Shown: in pieces, positions 1 to 6,671 of the stretch
Numbering within the stretch: the stretch's first letter is position 1
Layout: each line of letters opens with the position of its first letter
DNA from: a virus
Taxonomy: Duplodnaviria; Caudoviricetes
IMG/VR virus record: IMGVR_UViG_3300017780_003306
Span: 1 to 29,685 of that record
Reading direction: 5' to 3' (one strand)
Length of the DNA: 29,685 nt
Notes under the pieces: generated by a model
The model's database searches: none
The model's input: the letters and a program-made list of their open reading frames with translations, nothing else
Told to the model about the DNA's origin: nothing
Made by a program: the position numbers and the translations under genes

Positions 1-39
1 TGGTGCAGGGGCGCGGGCCTCCATGTCGTCGGGGGTCAT
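1..39 (-). CDS. 5' end of a hypothetical protein ([13 protein letters not shown]...), running off the window
   Basis: ATG at 39 overlaps the upstream TGA (ATGA) and follows GGAGAAGCATC. Confidence 0.55.
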   Translation of the reverse strand, partial: MTPDDMEARAPAP

Positions 40-266
40 GATGCTTCTCCGAAGACGGTCGAAACCGTCCCGCCCCCGGAATAGCGGAGGCCGATTTCAG
101 CGCCATAAATGGTGTTGCCTACAGTCCAGCCACCCCGCCAATCCAGCGTCACGGCCTGTGGCCCGACATAGATCGCCCGGTTGAGGTTCACGCCTTGGGT
201 TGCGGCCAGCCAGCAAGCGACTTTCCAGACCGTGCGGCGCGTCCAGTTTTTGATGCGGGAGATCAT
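36..266 (-). CDS. Hypothetical protein ([11 protein letters not shown]..., 76 aa)
   Basis: Start moved from 404 to ATG 266, which has a GGAG RBS and an ATGA overlap with the stop of 263..883. Confidence 0.6.
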   Translation of the reverse strand: MISRIKNWTRRTVWKVACWLAATQGVNLNRAIYVGPQAVTLDWRGGWTVGNTIYGAEIGLRYSGGGTVSTVFGEAS

Positions 267-883
267 GATGCTTCTCCCGGTGATTCGGTCGGAACGCCAT
301 GCGCCTCGCACCATTCCAAGGTCCATTGCAGGGCCATTTTCGCCGCAAACCCGCCGCCTGTTTCGTTTTTTGGCTTGTCGCCCTTCCGGATCATCAGGAA
401 CCATTGCTCGGCTGGTCGATTGCTGTCGCGGCTGGTCATCGTCGCCCCGGCCCGCTCAAGTGACCCAACGAGACAGGCGCAGGACATTCCGTCGCCGTAG
501 GTCGAGCCGTCCACTTCACCGGCCCGCAGCCATTCAATAAGTTGGATGATATGCGGCGCAGCGGCCTCGGAAAGCGTCAGCCACAGGTCCGCCTTGAAGG
601 GTCGGAAGGTTTCGGGCGTCAGGTTGGCACCCGCCAGATTGGCATACGCCAGATCGGCACCCGCCAGATTGGCACCCGCCAGATTGGCACCCGCCAGATT
701 GGCACCCGCCAGATCGGCATCCGCCAGATTGGCATACGCCCGCTCGGCTTTTTCTTTAATTGCCCACTTCACGGCCAGCCCGAGTTTCTCGCTTGACTTT
801 TCGTTTGGCGAACACGCAATCTGTGCGGTGAACTGGACTTCGCCAGTAAAACGATTGCGGACTTCAAAAGGTATCGTAGTCAT
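263..883 (-). CDS. Pentapeptide-repeat protein with DUF5758-like C-terminal domain
   Basis: About eight A(N/D)LAx repeats. The C-terminal DGSTY...CACLVG...[14 protein letters not shown] motif is typical of phage pentapeptide-associated domains. Confidence 0.85.
   Translation of the reverse strand: MTTIPFEVRNRFTGEVQFTAQIACSPNEKSSEKLGLAVKWAIKEKAERAYANLADADLAGANLAGANLAGANLAGADLAYANLAGANLTPETFRPFKADLWLTLSEAAAPHIIQLIEWLRAGEVDGSTYGDGMSCACLVGSLERAGATMTSRDSNRPAEQWFLMIRKGDKPKNETGGGFAAKMALQWTLEWCEAHGVPTESPGEAS
621..740. repeat. 15-bp tandem repeat x8 (consensus AGATTGGCACCCGCC) encoding the pentapeptide repeats
   Basis: Read directly; units are near-identical. Confidence 0.9.
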
Positions 884-884
884 G

Positions 885-1085
885 TCAGGAAATCCAAAAG
901 AGGCTGATAACGCCAGCGAGGGCCAGCAGGATGATAATGCTACGCGGGCGCAGGACTTCCGCTATTGCACGGAACCAAATCGGCGGCATTTGATCGTCAC
1001 GGAAATCCCAGCCACGGTGCGAAGCCTGATCGGTCATCATAGCGGCATTACGGCGATGGTCGGTATGTTCGGCACGGTCAATCAT
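885..1085 (-). CDS. Small hypothetical membrane protein (MIDRAEH..., 66 aa)
   Basis: ATGA overlap with the stop of the upstream gene; C-terminal hydrophobic stretch [17 protein letters not shown]. Confidence 0.6.
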   Translation of the reverse strand: MIDRAEHTDHRRNAAMMTDQASHRGWDFRDDQMPPIWFRAIAEVLRPRSIIILLALAGVISLFWIS

Positions 1086-1249
1086 TGGTCTTCCCCTTGT
1101 TCTGACTGTTTTGCCATGAGCGCGAATGTTTCGGCCCATGAGTGGATAATGTCCCCCATTGCCTTGTTGGAACGCTCGTTGTCGTTCCAGACGGTTTCCA
1201 GCGCGGACCCTTGGCGGGGGCGGATTGCAATCGGGTTTGGCTTGGTCAT
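1082..1249 (-). CDS. Hypothetical protein (MTKPNPIAIR..., 55 aa), probably leaderless
   Basis: Fills the gap in the operon. No SD; the ATG lies 6 nt after a -10-like TATGTT. Confidence 0.55.
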   Translation of the reverse strand: MTKPNPIAIRPRQGSALETVWNDNERSNKAMGDIIHSWAETFALMAKQSEQGEDQ

Positions 1250-1283
1250 GGGGTAAACATACACCGACGCTAGGGGATGTAAA
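1250..1283 (-). promoter_or_regulatory. Sigma70-like leaderless promoter TTTACA-N16-TATGTT-N6-ATG
   Basis: Hexamers at 1278-1283 and 1256-1261; same geometry as the promoter at 4899-4932. Confidence 0.5.
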
Positions 1284-1286
1284 CAC

Positions 1287-1880
1287 CTATTTTTGCAAGC
1301 TGTCCAAAAGCTGCTGCCGTTGAGCCGCTGCCTTGTCGCAGGCGTCTTTCAGTTCGGAAAGCGTAGGAAAAAAGTTGGGCTTGTCGGTGCGATAGATAAA
1401 CCGCTCCACCACCGCTTTGGCTACATCAGCCGGGAACCTGGCTAGACAATCCGCATAGAGCCGCAGGATGAGCCTCAAACTGTTCTCGCTGTCATTACGG
1501 TGCGCTGTGACCGCGTGGAGCGTTGAAACGTGTTCTTCGCACCGCTGGACCGTCGCGGGCGTCATGGCGCTGTAGGTGGCCTCCAAGGCCTTAGAACGGT
1601 TGTCCTGTGTCAGACCCTCGAACAAATACCCCGTCACTGTCCGTTGGTAGCCACCCGTCACTGGATACGTCAGGCTGATTTGCGGCTGCGGCACGATCCC
1701 CAAGGAGGATGTCAACCATTGAAGCAGATTTCTGTCGGTGTCCTCCGGTGCTTGGCTTTCCAGCTTGGCGCGAGCCGTATCCAGAGAGACACCAGTTGCG
1801 CCAGGTTGCAGCCCAGTCGAGTTTGAGGGCATTGGCTCCCGGCTTAGCAATCCAGTGATTACGGAATCTAGCGGCTTCAC
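1287..1880 (-). CDS. Putative replicative helicase loader/inhibitor-like protein
   Basis: Directly downstream of the initiator. C-terminal LYADCLARFPADV...FFPTLSELKDAC resembles phage loader/inhibitor-type proteins. GAGGAG lies 7 nt before the GTG. Confidence 0.6.
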   Translation of the reverse strand: MKPLDSVITGLLSREPMPSNSTGLQPGATGVSLDTARAKLESQAPEDTDRNLLQWLTSSLGIVPQPQISLTYPVTGGYQRTVTGYLFEGLTQDNRSKALEATYSAMTPATVQRCEEHVSTLHAVTAHRNDSENSLRLILRLYADCLARFPADVAKAVVERFIYRTDKPNFFPTLSELKDACDKAAAQRQQLLDSLQK

Positions 1881-2367
1881 GGCTTATCTCCTCAGGGTTC
1901 ATGTTTTGGCTGGCAGCAAATGTCAGGTCGGCGTCAGATGGCGTCCAATCGGGAGGCAATCGACAGCCTTTTTTCGCTCGCGGGCTATTAGACGAAGGTT
2001 CTTTAGAACCTGAGTGGTTAAGTGAAAGGTTCTGCCCGGACATGGTGTCCGCACCCCCCGGACATGGTGTCCGCACCCCCCCGGACATGGTGTCCGCTTG
2101 CAGACAGACCAAAGTGATTAGGTCGCTGGACCGTGAACCATCCGCTCGGCGTCGCTCTTCGCGCTGAATTAAACCACGCTCCTCAAGGGACAACGCAAGC
2201 CGCCTGATCTGCCGATCCGAAAGCCCTGTGTCCTCGGAAAGCCGACGCTGTGACGGGTAGCAGCGGAAAGCCTCATCGGCATAGTTTGCCCAGCCAATAA
2301 GGATTAGCTTTTCGGACGGGCTTAGGCCGCGATACGCCAGGGCGGCGGCAATTGCCTGAAGGCTCAC
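1591..2367 (-). CDS. Phage replication initiator (lambda O-like): N-terminal winged HTH, DnaT-like C-terminal domain
   Basis: EKLILIGWANYADE..CYPSQRRLSEDTGLSDRQIRR HTH; C-terminal RLPPDWTPS...FRNHW...DWAATWRNW; internal iterons. Confidence 0.85.
   Translation of the reverse strand: MSLQAIAAALAYRGLSPSEKLILIGWANYADEAFRCYPSQRRLSEDTGLSDRQIRRLALSLEERGLIQREERRRADGSRSSDLITLVCLQADTMSGGVRTPCPGGADTMSGQNLSLNHSGSKEPSSNSPRAKKGCRLPPDWTPSDADLTFAASQNMNPEEISREAARFRNHWIAKPGANALKLDWAATWRNWCLSGYGSRQAGKPSTGGHRQKSASMVDILLGDRAAAANQPDVSSDGWLPTDSDGVFVRGSDTGQPF
2035..2097. repeat. Three iterons CCCGGACATGGTGTCCGC; probable replication origin
   Basis: Copies start at 2035, 2057 and 2080. Each contains the dyad CGGACA-TGG-TGTCCG. 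They lie inside the initiator gene, as in lambda ori. Confidence 0.8.
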
Positions 2368-2417
2368 GGCATCACCCGAAGGCTTGCGCGTTGTGGCGAA
2401 AAACGGTAAAACCGCAT
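2364..2417 (-). CDS. Putative 17-aa leader peptide MRFYRFSPQRASLRVMP coupled to the initiator
   Basis: GGGAG 9 nt upstream of ATG 2417. Its TGA overlaps the initiator GTG (GTGA), and the initiator lacks a clear SD of its own. Confidence 0.5.
   Translation of the reverse strand: MRFYRFSPQRASLRVMP
2384..2412 (+). promoter_or_regulatory. Putative antisense promoter TTGCGC-N17-TAAAAC
   Basis: Hexamers at 2384-2389 and 2407-2412, pointing toward the + strand terminator at 2575-2612. Confidence 0.4.
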
Positions 2418-2612
2418 GGTCGATGGCTCCCTAAAGCCGTTGGCACAGGGAGGGCTTGAAGCGACTTCCACGAAGCTTCGCCCTCCCTCCCTTTATCAAG
2501 CATTGCAGGGACGAACGCAAGGCGCTAAGGTGGCGACACCCACGGCGCTCTTCCCTCCCCTTGTTGTGGCTACTGGCCCCGGCGCTTGAGAAATCGCGCC
2601 GGGGTCTTTTTT
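2418..2612 (+). ncRNA. Putative ~195-nt antisense (counter-transcribed) RNA
   Basis: Bracketed by a promoter-like motif and an intrinsic terminator, with an internal stem GGGAGGGC (2448-2455) / GCCCTCCC (2480-2487). Confidence 0.4.
2575..2612 (+). terminator. Intrinsic terminator oriented against the leftward operon
   Basis: 11-bp stem GGCCCCGGCGC/GCGCCGGGGTC followed by T6 on the + strand only. Confidence 0.7.
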
Positions 2613-2853
2613 ATTCTTCCCAAACGCTAAACATTGAAGGCCGCTTGGCAGGGATCGGCCTGGTTCTAACCGGCTCTGGCGTCGGCGTAGGAAGGTGATC
2701 ACCCCGTTGGAACGCAAGGGCTAGGGCATAGACAAACCGCTGGTCAGCTTCGCGCTGCTTTATTTCAATCTCTCGTTCTTTTGACATATCAGGCGTTGAC
2801 CGCTCCAACATGGCAGGGGCATAGGGGCGGAAATAATGACCCTTACTGGACAC
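2611..2853 (-). CDS. Hypothetical protein (80 aa)
   Basis: Start moved to GTG 2853, preceded by GGAGG-N6, overlapping the end of the upstream gene. Confidence 0.6.
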   Translation of the reverse strand: MSSKGHYFRPYAPAMLERSTPDMSKEREIEIKQREADQRFVYALALAFQRGDHLPTPTPEPVRTRPIPAKRPSMFSVWEE

Positions 2854-3193
2854 GGTGCGCCTCCAAGGATTGAGCGTATCGGCTGGCCAATGCGGCGAAC
2901 TGAAAAGCCGGTGTGGCGGTTTTCTGTCGGATGGCAATAGCGTCTGCATAAGGTTTCCCAATGCGTTGGCAATGAGCGCGAACCCCGTGCAAAATCGTGG
3001 TGTGGTCGCGACCGCCAATCCGCCGGGCAATCTCAGGATACGAGACGTGCGGGCATTCGACGAAGGCGCGGTAATAAGCTTCTTGGCGCGGCTTCGTAAT
3101 GTGCCGACTGCGGTTTTGGCCCTTCAGCGCAGCGATGGTTAGACCGTAATCCTCGGCCACCTCCTGCAAGATGTTGGCTACTGTCTGTCTCAT
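2843..3193 (-). CDS. Stand-alone DnaA C-terminal (domain IV)-like HTH protein
   Basis: VAEDYGLTIAALKGQNRSRHITKPRQEAYY...SYPEIARRIGGRDHTTILHG matches the DnaA-C signature. Confidence 0.85.
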   Translation of the reverse strand: MRQTVANILQEVAEDYGLTIAALKGQNRSRHITKPRQEAYYRAFVECPHVSYPEIARRIGGRDHTTILHGVRAHCQRIGKPYADAIAIRQKTATPAFQFAALASRYAQSLEAHRVQ

Positions 3194-3558
3194 GTGTTCC
3201 CCTTAAAAGGCCGCTTTGGCCATGTGGTTTTTGTCTTTTGGAACGGTCTAGACGGGATTGAACCGCCTTTGACTGCCCTTCTAGCTTGCTGGCCCGTCTC
3301 CCGGCCTTGGCGCTTGGCCTTGGCAATGCGGGCAACATCCCCGCCCGTCTTGTCCGTCCGGTGACAGGATTTGTGGACCAGCCGCAAGTTTTCGTCGCTG
3401 TCGTCAAACCCTAAAGCCCACGGAATGATATGGTCTAGTTCATACGCTTCACCGGCTAGAACCTTTTGCTTACAGATGTCGCAGACGCCGCCGTCACGGG
3501 CGAACAAGCGCAAGCGACGAGCCTTTGACATTGATGGGCGAGGTGGGGCAGCCGTCAT
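3190..3558 (-). CDS. HNH endonuclease
   Basis: CDIC...ELDHIIPWALG...NLRLVHKSCH motif. Confidence 0.85.
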   Translation of the reverse strand: MTAAPPRPSMSKARRLRLFARDGGVCDICKQKVLAGEAYELDHIIPWALGFDDSDENLRLVHKSCHRTDKTGGDVARIAKAKRQGRETGQQARRAVKGGSIPSRPFQKTKTTWPKRPFKGNT

Positions 3559-3881
3559 ATCTCCACCACGATAATGCCATGAACCGCCAACATCAGTTTT
3601 TTCTTGAGACGATAAACCGGCGTCTTCATGCCTTTAACGTCCTCAATGACGACCAGCCCGCGAACGTGTGGCGTGTCCGTGACGTAACGGAAGTCGGCCT
3701 TATAGGTGCAAATCAGGCAGTTGTTTACGACGATGCGAAACGAAGGCTGGACTTCAAGCCCAGTGATGCGCTCCGACCGTTCCAACAGCTTCAGTTCGCT
3801 ATAGCGGCGGCTTTCCTTGATGCTGTCAAACGTAATGCCGTCAACGACGGTTTTGACATTGCGGTATTTAGGAGCCTTCAC
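3555..3881 (-). CDS. DUF1064-family PD-(D/E)xK nuclease-like protein
   Basis: KYRNVKTVVDGITFDSIKE..RY.EL...YKADFRY...IEDVKGMKTPVYRLKKKL. Confidence 0.85.
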   Translation of the reverse strand: MKAPKYRNVKTVVDGITFDSIKESRRYSELKLLERSERITGLEVQPSFRIVVNNCLICTYKADFRYVTDTPHVRGLVVIEDVKGMKTPVYRLKKKLMLAVHGIIVVEI

Positions 3882-4141
3882 CGCCGTCCCTCGACCTTCA
3901 GTTCCTCAATCGACAGAGCGCGGAGGGCTGCATAAATCGGGGCTCTGGCTTTCTTGGCCTGAATGACCTTCGCCAGTTCGTCTTTCAGCGCGTTACGTTT
4001 CCGCGCAATCTCGGCAAGGCGGCGGGCTTTGTCTCCCGCGCTTGTATAGAAAGGGTGGGCTTGCCAGTCGTCCCGCTTTTGCGGTGTGGGCTGGCGATGG
4101 AAGCCGTAGCGGCTGAACAGGCGTGTGATGGCTTCTAGCAT
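3878..4141 (-). CDS. Hypothetical protein
   Basis: Overlap-coupled to both neighbours; GGAG RBS. Confidence 0.7.
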   Translation of the reverse strand: MLEAITRLFSRYGFHRQPTPQKRDDWQAHPFYTSAGDKARRLAEIARKRNALKDELAKVIQAKKARAPIYAALRALSIEELKVEGRR

Positions 4142-4722
4142 TTGTTTGCTCCTTTTCGAGGTTTACGAGGCACGGCAGATTTTTGGGCCGCTTCAGTCAG
4201 CGCGGCCAAGTCCAATCCATAAGTATCTGCTAAACGACGAACGGTCTTTGGGTGTGGGCTAGCCGCCTGCGTCTCAAACACACACAATCTGTTGTAGGCG
4301 ACGCCGGTTAGCTTGCCCGCGTCACGCAGGCTTAGGTTCCTTGAGAGCCGCGCACCCAAAAGCATTTTTCCAAGCGCGGTTGCGCTTCCTCCACCGTCTC
4401 CGCACAAGCGGGCTTTGAAGTGATGAATGTTTTCGAGGGCGGAGCAAAACTCTAAGTTTGATACCGTGTTGTTGGTCTTGTCGCCGTCGCGGTGGTTTAT
4501 CTGTGTTGCGGAAGTCGGCCTTAGGCCGATAAATGTCTCTGCGACCAGCTTGTGAACCTTCACGGTGCGCCCCGCGAGGCACACTTGAGGGTAGCCCTTA
4601 GCGCCAATAAAGGCGGTCAAATACCGATTGCCCCGCCGAACACGACCGAACGAACTAACATCGTATTTGGCTGCGTATTGGCCGTCGTAAGAGGCAACCG
4701 GAAGCCAAGCCTCATTGGTCAT
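4135..4722 (-). CDS. NUMOD4 + HNH homing-endonuclease-like protein with C-terminal XRE-type HTH
   Basis: EAWLPV..Y...YDVSSFGRVR (NUMOD4); VHKLVAETF...INHRDGDKTNNTVSNLE (HNH); ARLSRNLSLRDAGKLTGV (HTH). Confidence 0.85.
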   Translation of the reverse strand: MTNEAWLPVASYDGQYAAKYDVSSFGRVRRGNRYLTAFIGAKGYPQVCLAGRTVKVHKLVAETFIGLRPTSATQINHRDGDKTNNTVSNLEFCSALENIHHFKARLCGDGGGSATALGKMLLGARLSRNLSLRDAGKLTGVAYNRLCVFETQAASPHPKTVRRLADTYGLDLAALTEAAQKSAVPRKPRKGANKC

Positions 4723-4898
4723 CGCGCTGCCTCAAGGGCTTGCATTGCAAGAGCAATCCGCCCCGGAACGGGTAGCTTGCCCTTGGCATAGCGATGAATC
4801 GTGGCGCGGCTCATTCCTAGCGTCTCGGCTAGTTGAGTCTGCCAACCGTGTTTTCCATAAAGGCGTTCGCCAGCGGCGATAAAGGCTGTCTGTTCCAT
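4719..4898 (-). CDS. Small Cro-like HTH regulator (59 aa), probably leaderless
   Basis: WQTQLAETLGMSRATIHRYAKGKLPVP HTH. First gene of the leftward operon; real start ATG 4898 rather than 5450. Confidence 0.8.
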   Translation of the reverse strand: MEQTAFIAAGERLYGKHGWQTQLAETLGMSRATIHRYAKGKLPVPGRIALAMQALEAAR

Positions 4899-4932
4899 GA
4901 GGCCAACATACGGCAACGAAAGCGCGATGCAA
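4899..4932 (-). promoter_or_regulatory. Leftward promoter TTGCAT-N16-TATGTT-N6-ATG
   Basis: Hexamers at 4927-4932 and 4905-4910; no SD before the ATG. Confidence 0.6.
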
Positions 4933-4963
4933 CAGGAAAAACGCACCGCGCCGCTTTTTGGGC

Positions 4964-4991
4964 TTGCAATCCGCTTTGTGGCGTTTAGTGT
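4964..4991 (+). promoter_or_regulatory. Rightward promoter TTGCAA-N16-TAGTGT
   Basis: Lies upstream of the GGGAG RBS and ATG 5014 at the strand-switch point. Confidence 0.6.
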
Positions 4992-5013
4992 GGCCTTAAC
5001 AGGGAGAGACGAC

Positions 5014-5181
5014 ATGCCGATTGAAGAAATGACCAACACCGACTTGGCTGCCGCGCACAGCGAACTGATGGCAAAAGCGTGGGTGGCTCGCGCCGCTAAC
5101 GACATTGACACGGCGCAAAAGTATCTGCGCTTTATTATGCCAATGACCGCCGAAATGGCTCGCCGCATGAGGGCAATGTGA
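5014..5181 (+). CDS. Hypothetical protein (MPIEEMTN..., 55 aa)
   Basis: GGGAG RBS before ATG 5014; first gene of the rightward arm. Confidence 0.7.
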   Translation: MPIEEMTNTDLAAAHSELMAKAWVARAANDIDTAQKYLRFIMPMTAEMARRMRAM

Positions 5182-5528
5182 TGAAGATGTCGAAAGAACT
5201 CTGCAAGCTGGACGACGATATGTGGGAGGCGCATCGCGACTACGCCCACGAAAACGATAAAGACTGGGCTAACGCTGACGAACTGCGCGAAGACGGTCTG
5301 GCAATCGGTGAAGAGGCTTACAAGCTCAACCCCGAAAACGATTACGAAAGCGATCAAGACGATTGGGAGTGCTACATCGAAACTGAGGTGAAAAAGTATC
5401 AGCCTCATCAGCGATACGTAGTTGCCTGCGCCGCCTATTACCGCGTTCAAGAATGCGCGGAGGAAGCCGCTGCTAACGCTGACAAGGCTCTGGCGATGGC
5501 CGCTGACATTGTCGGGGTTGCAAAATGA
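5178..5528 (+). CDS. Hypothetical acidic protein
   Basis: Overlap-coupled ORF rich in D/E. Confidence 0.7.
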   Translation: MMKMSKELCKLDDDMWEAHRDYAHENDKDWANADELREDGLAIGEEAYKLNPENDYESDQDDWECYIETEVKKYQPHQRYVVACAAYYRVQECAEEAAANADKALAMAADIVGVAK

Positions 5529-5746
5529 CTGACCGTCCGCTTGTCAAATACAAAGAGTGCCGCTTGTGGCTGGACGACGGCGGCATCTACAGGCCCGCGA
5601 CAACCTTTGCCGTCCGGATGATGGCGCGAATGTTTGAAAATCGACACGACCATAACGCAACCCGCTACGTCCGCGATTGTCGTATGGCTCTGGCAGAATA
5701 TGAAAAGGCAATGGAGGAAGCCCTATGCGAAGCAGCGACACACTAA
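5525..5746 (+). CDS. Hypothetical protein
   Basis: ATGA overlap with the upstream gene. Confidence 0.65.
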   Translation: MTDRPLVKYKECRLWLDDGGIYRPATTFAVRMMARMFENRHDHNATRYVRDCRMALAEYEKAMEEALCEAATH

Positions 5747-6405
5747 TCAAAATCAGCCCCGCGCTGGTCAAGGCTATCAACGCAATCGAGGGCGTGAAAA
5801 AGGGCGCTGACAACCCGTTCTTTAAGTCCAAGTATGCCAACCTCGAAAGCGTCATTGAAGCCGCGCACGATGCATTAGCGGCTAATGGGTTGGCGGTGAT
5901 GCAGGGGCCAGGTCCGATGGACGGGAACTGTATTACCCTGACCACGCGCCTGATCCACGAAAGCGGCGAGTGGATCGAAACTGATTTTTCCCTGCCCGCT
6001 GGCAAGATGGACCCGCAAGCGGCGGGGTCGGCAATCACCTATGCGCGTCGATATTCTTTGATGGCTATGCTTAATATGCCAGCCGTGGATGATGACGGCG
6101 AAGCGTCTATGCCTCGCACGACTAAGCCCGGCGAGCCTAAGAACCCGAACGTAAGCGTTCACCCTGAAGGCCCCGACTGGTATAAAACCGAAGGCGCTGG
6201 AATGAGCGCAGCCAAGGCCAAGGCTGAAGGTCTAGGCGAAAAGGTCAACCAGTGGCTTGGCGACCTTGAGACTATTCCGACCGTTGCCGCGCTGCGAGAC
6301 TGGGCAGATCAAAACGGCGACACCATCCGCACCATGCCTAAAGGCTGGCGCATTGAAGTCCGCGAGGCATTTGACCGTCGCGGACGTGAACTGGGAGCAA
6401 TGTAA
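5725..6405 (+). CDS. erf: ERF-family single-strand annealing protein
   Basis: NPFFKSKYANLESV...TRLIHESGEWIE...DPQAAGSAITYARRYSL...DDDGE signature. Confidence 0.92.
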   Translation: MRSSDTLIKISPALVKAINAIEGVKKGADNPFFKSKYANLESVIEAAHDALAANGLAVMQGPGPMDGNCITLTTRLIHESGEWIETDFSLPAGKMDPQAAGSAITYARRYSLMAMLNMPAVDDDGEASMPRTTKPGEPKNPNVSVHPEGPDWYKTEGAGMSAAKAKAEGLGEKVNQWLGDLETIPTVAALRDWADQNGDTIRTMPKGWRIEVREAFDRRGRELGAM

Positions 6406-6671
6406 TGGCGTATGAGCAAAAGCCGGGAGACATTGCCGTCTTCAAAGAGCGCGAAAAGCGTAACGATAAGGCGCCAGATTGGCGCGGTAACCTGATTGTC
6501 CCTGAAGGCGCAAAGCCCGGCGACAAGCTAGAAGTCGCGTTCTGGGCAAAAGGCGACAGCGGGACGATGCTGGCAGGGTCCGTTAAGTTCCCGCAACAGC
6601 GTGACGCTGGCCCAGCGCGAGAAGCCCCGCCACAGCGCGGCGCTAGGTTTGACGATGATATTCCGTTCTGA
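6405..6671 (+). CDS. Small phage SSB-like protein
   Basis: FK...KRNDKAPDWRG motif and an acidic DDDIPF C-terminus; adjacent to ERF. Confidence 0.7.
   Translation: MAYEQKPGDIAVFKEREKRNDKAPDWRGNLIVPEGAKPGDKLEVAFWAKGDSGTMLAGSVKFPQQRDAGPAREAPPQRGARFDDDIPF

Noticed and set aside
621-740. Tandem repeats as a CRISPR array
   Set aside because: Contiguous 15-bp units without spacers, in frame within a pentapeptide-repeat gene; no cas genes.
546-1256. 236-aa + strand ORF with ARLAP repeats
   Set aside because: Reverse-frame reading of the pentapeptide repeat; the minus strand has coupled genes with RBSs.
2035-2097. Palindromic repeats as a mini-CRISPR
   Set aside because: Spacers are only 4-5 nt (A plus C run); location inside the initiator gene fits iterons.
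2456-2698. 80-aa + strand ORF in the initiator upstream region
   Set aside because: It runs through a + strand terminator and has no recognisable protein features; an RNA-level explanation fits better.
2843-3193. Host chromosomal dnaA marking a prophage boundary
   Set aside because: Only the C-terminal domain is present, with no AAA+ domain, embedded in a phage operon.
4899-5450. 243-aa version of the HTH ORF with a hydrophobic N-terminus
   Set aside because: The extension is the antisense shadow of two + strand genes and crosses the divergent promoters; the HTH begins at ATG 4898.
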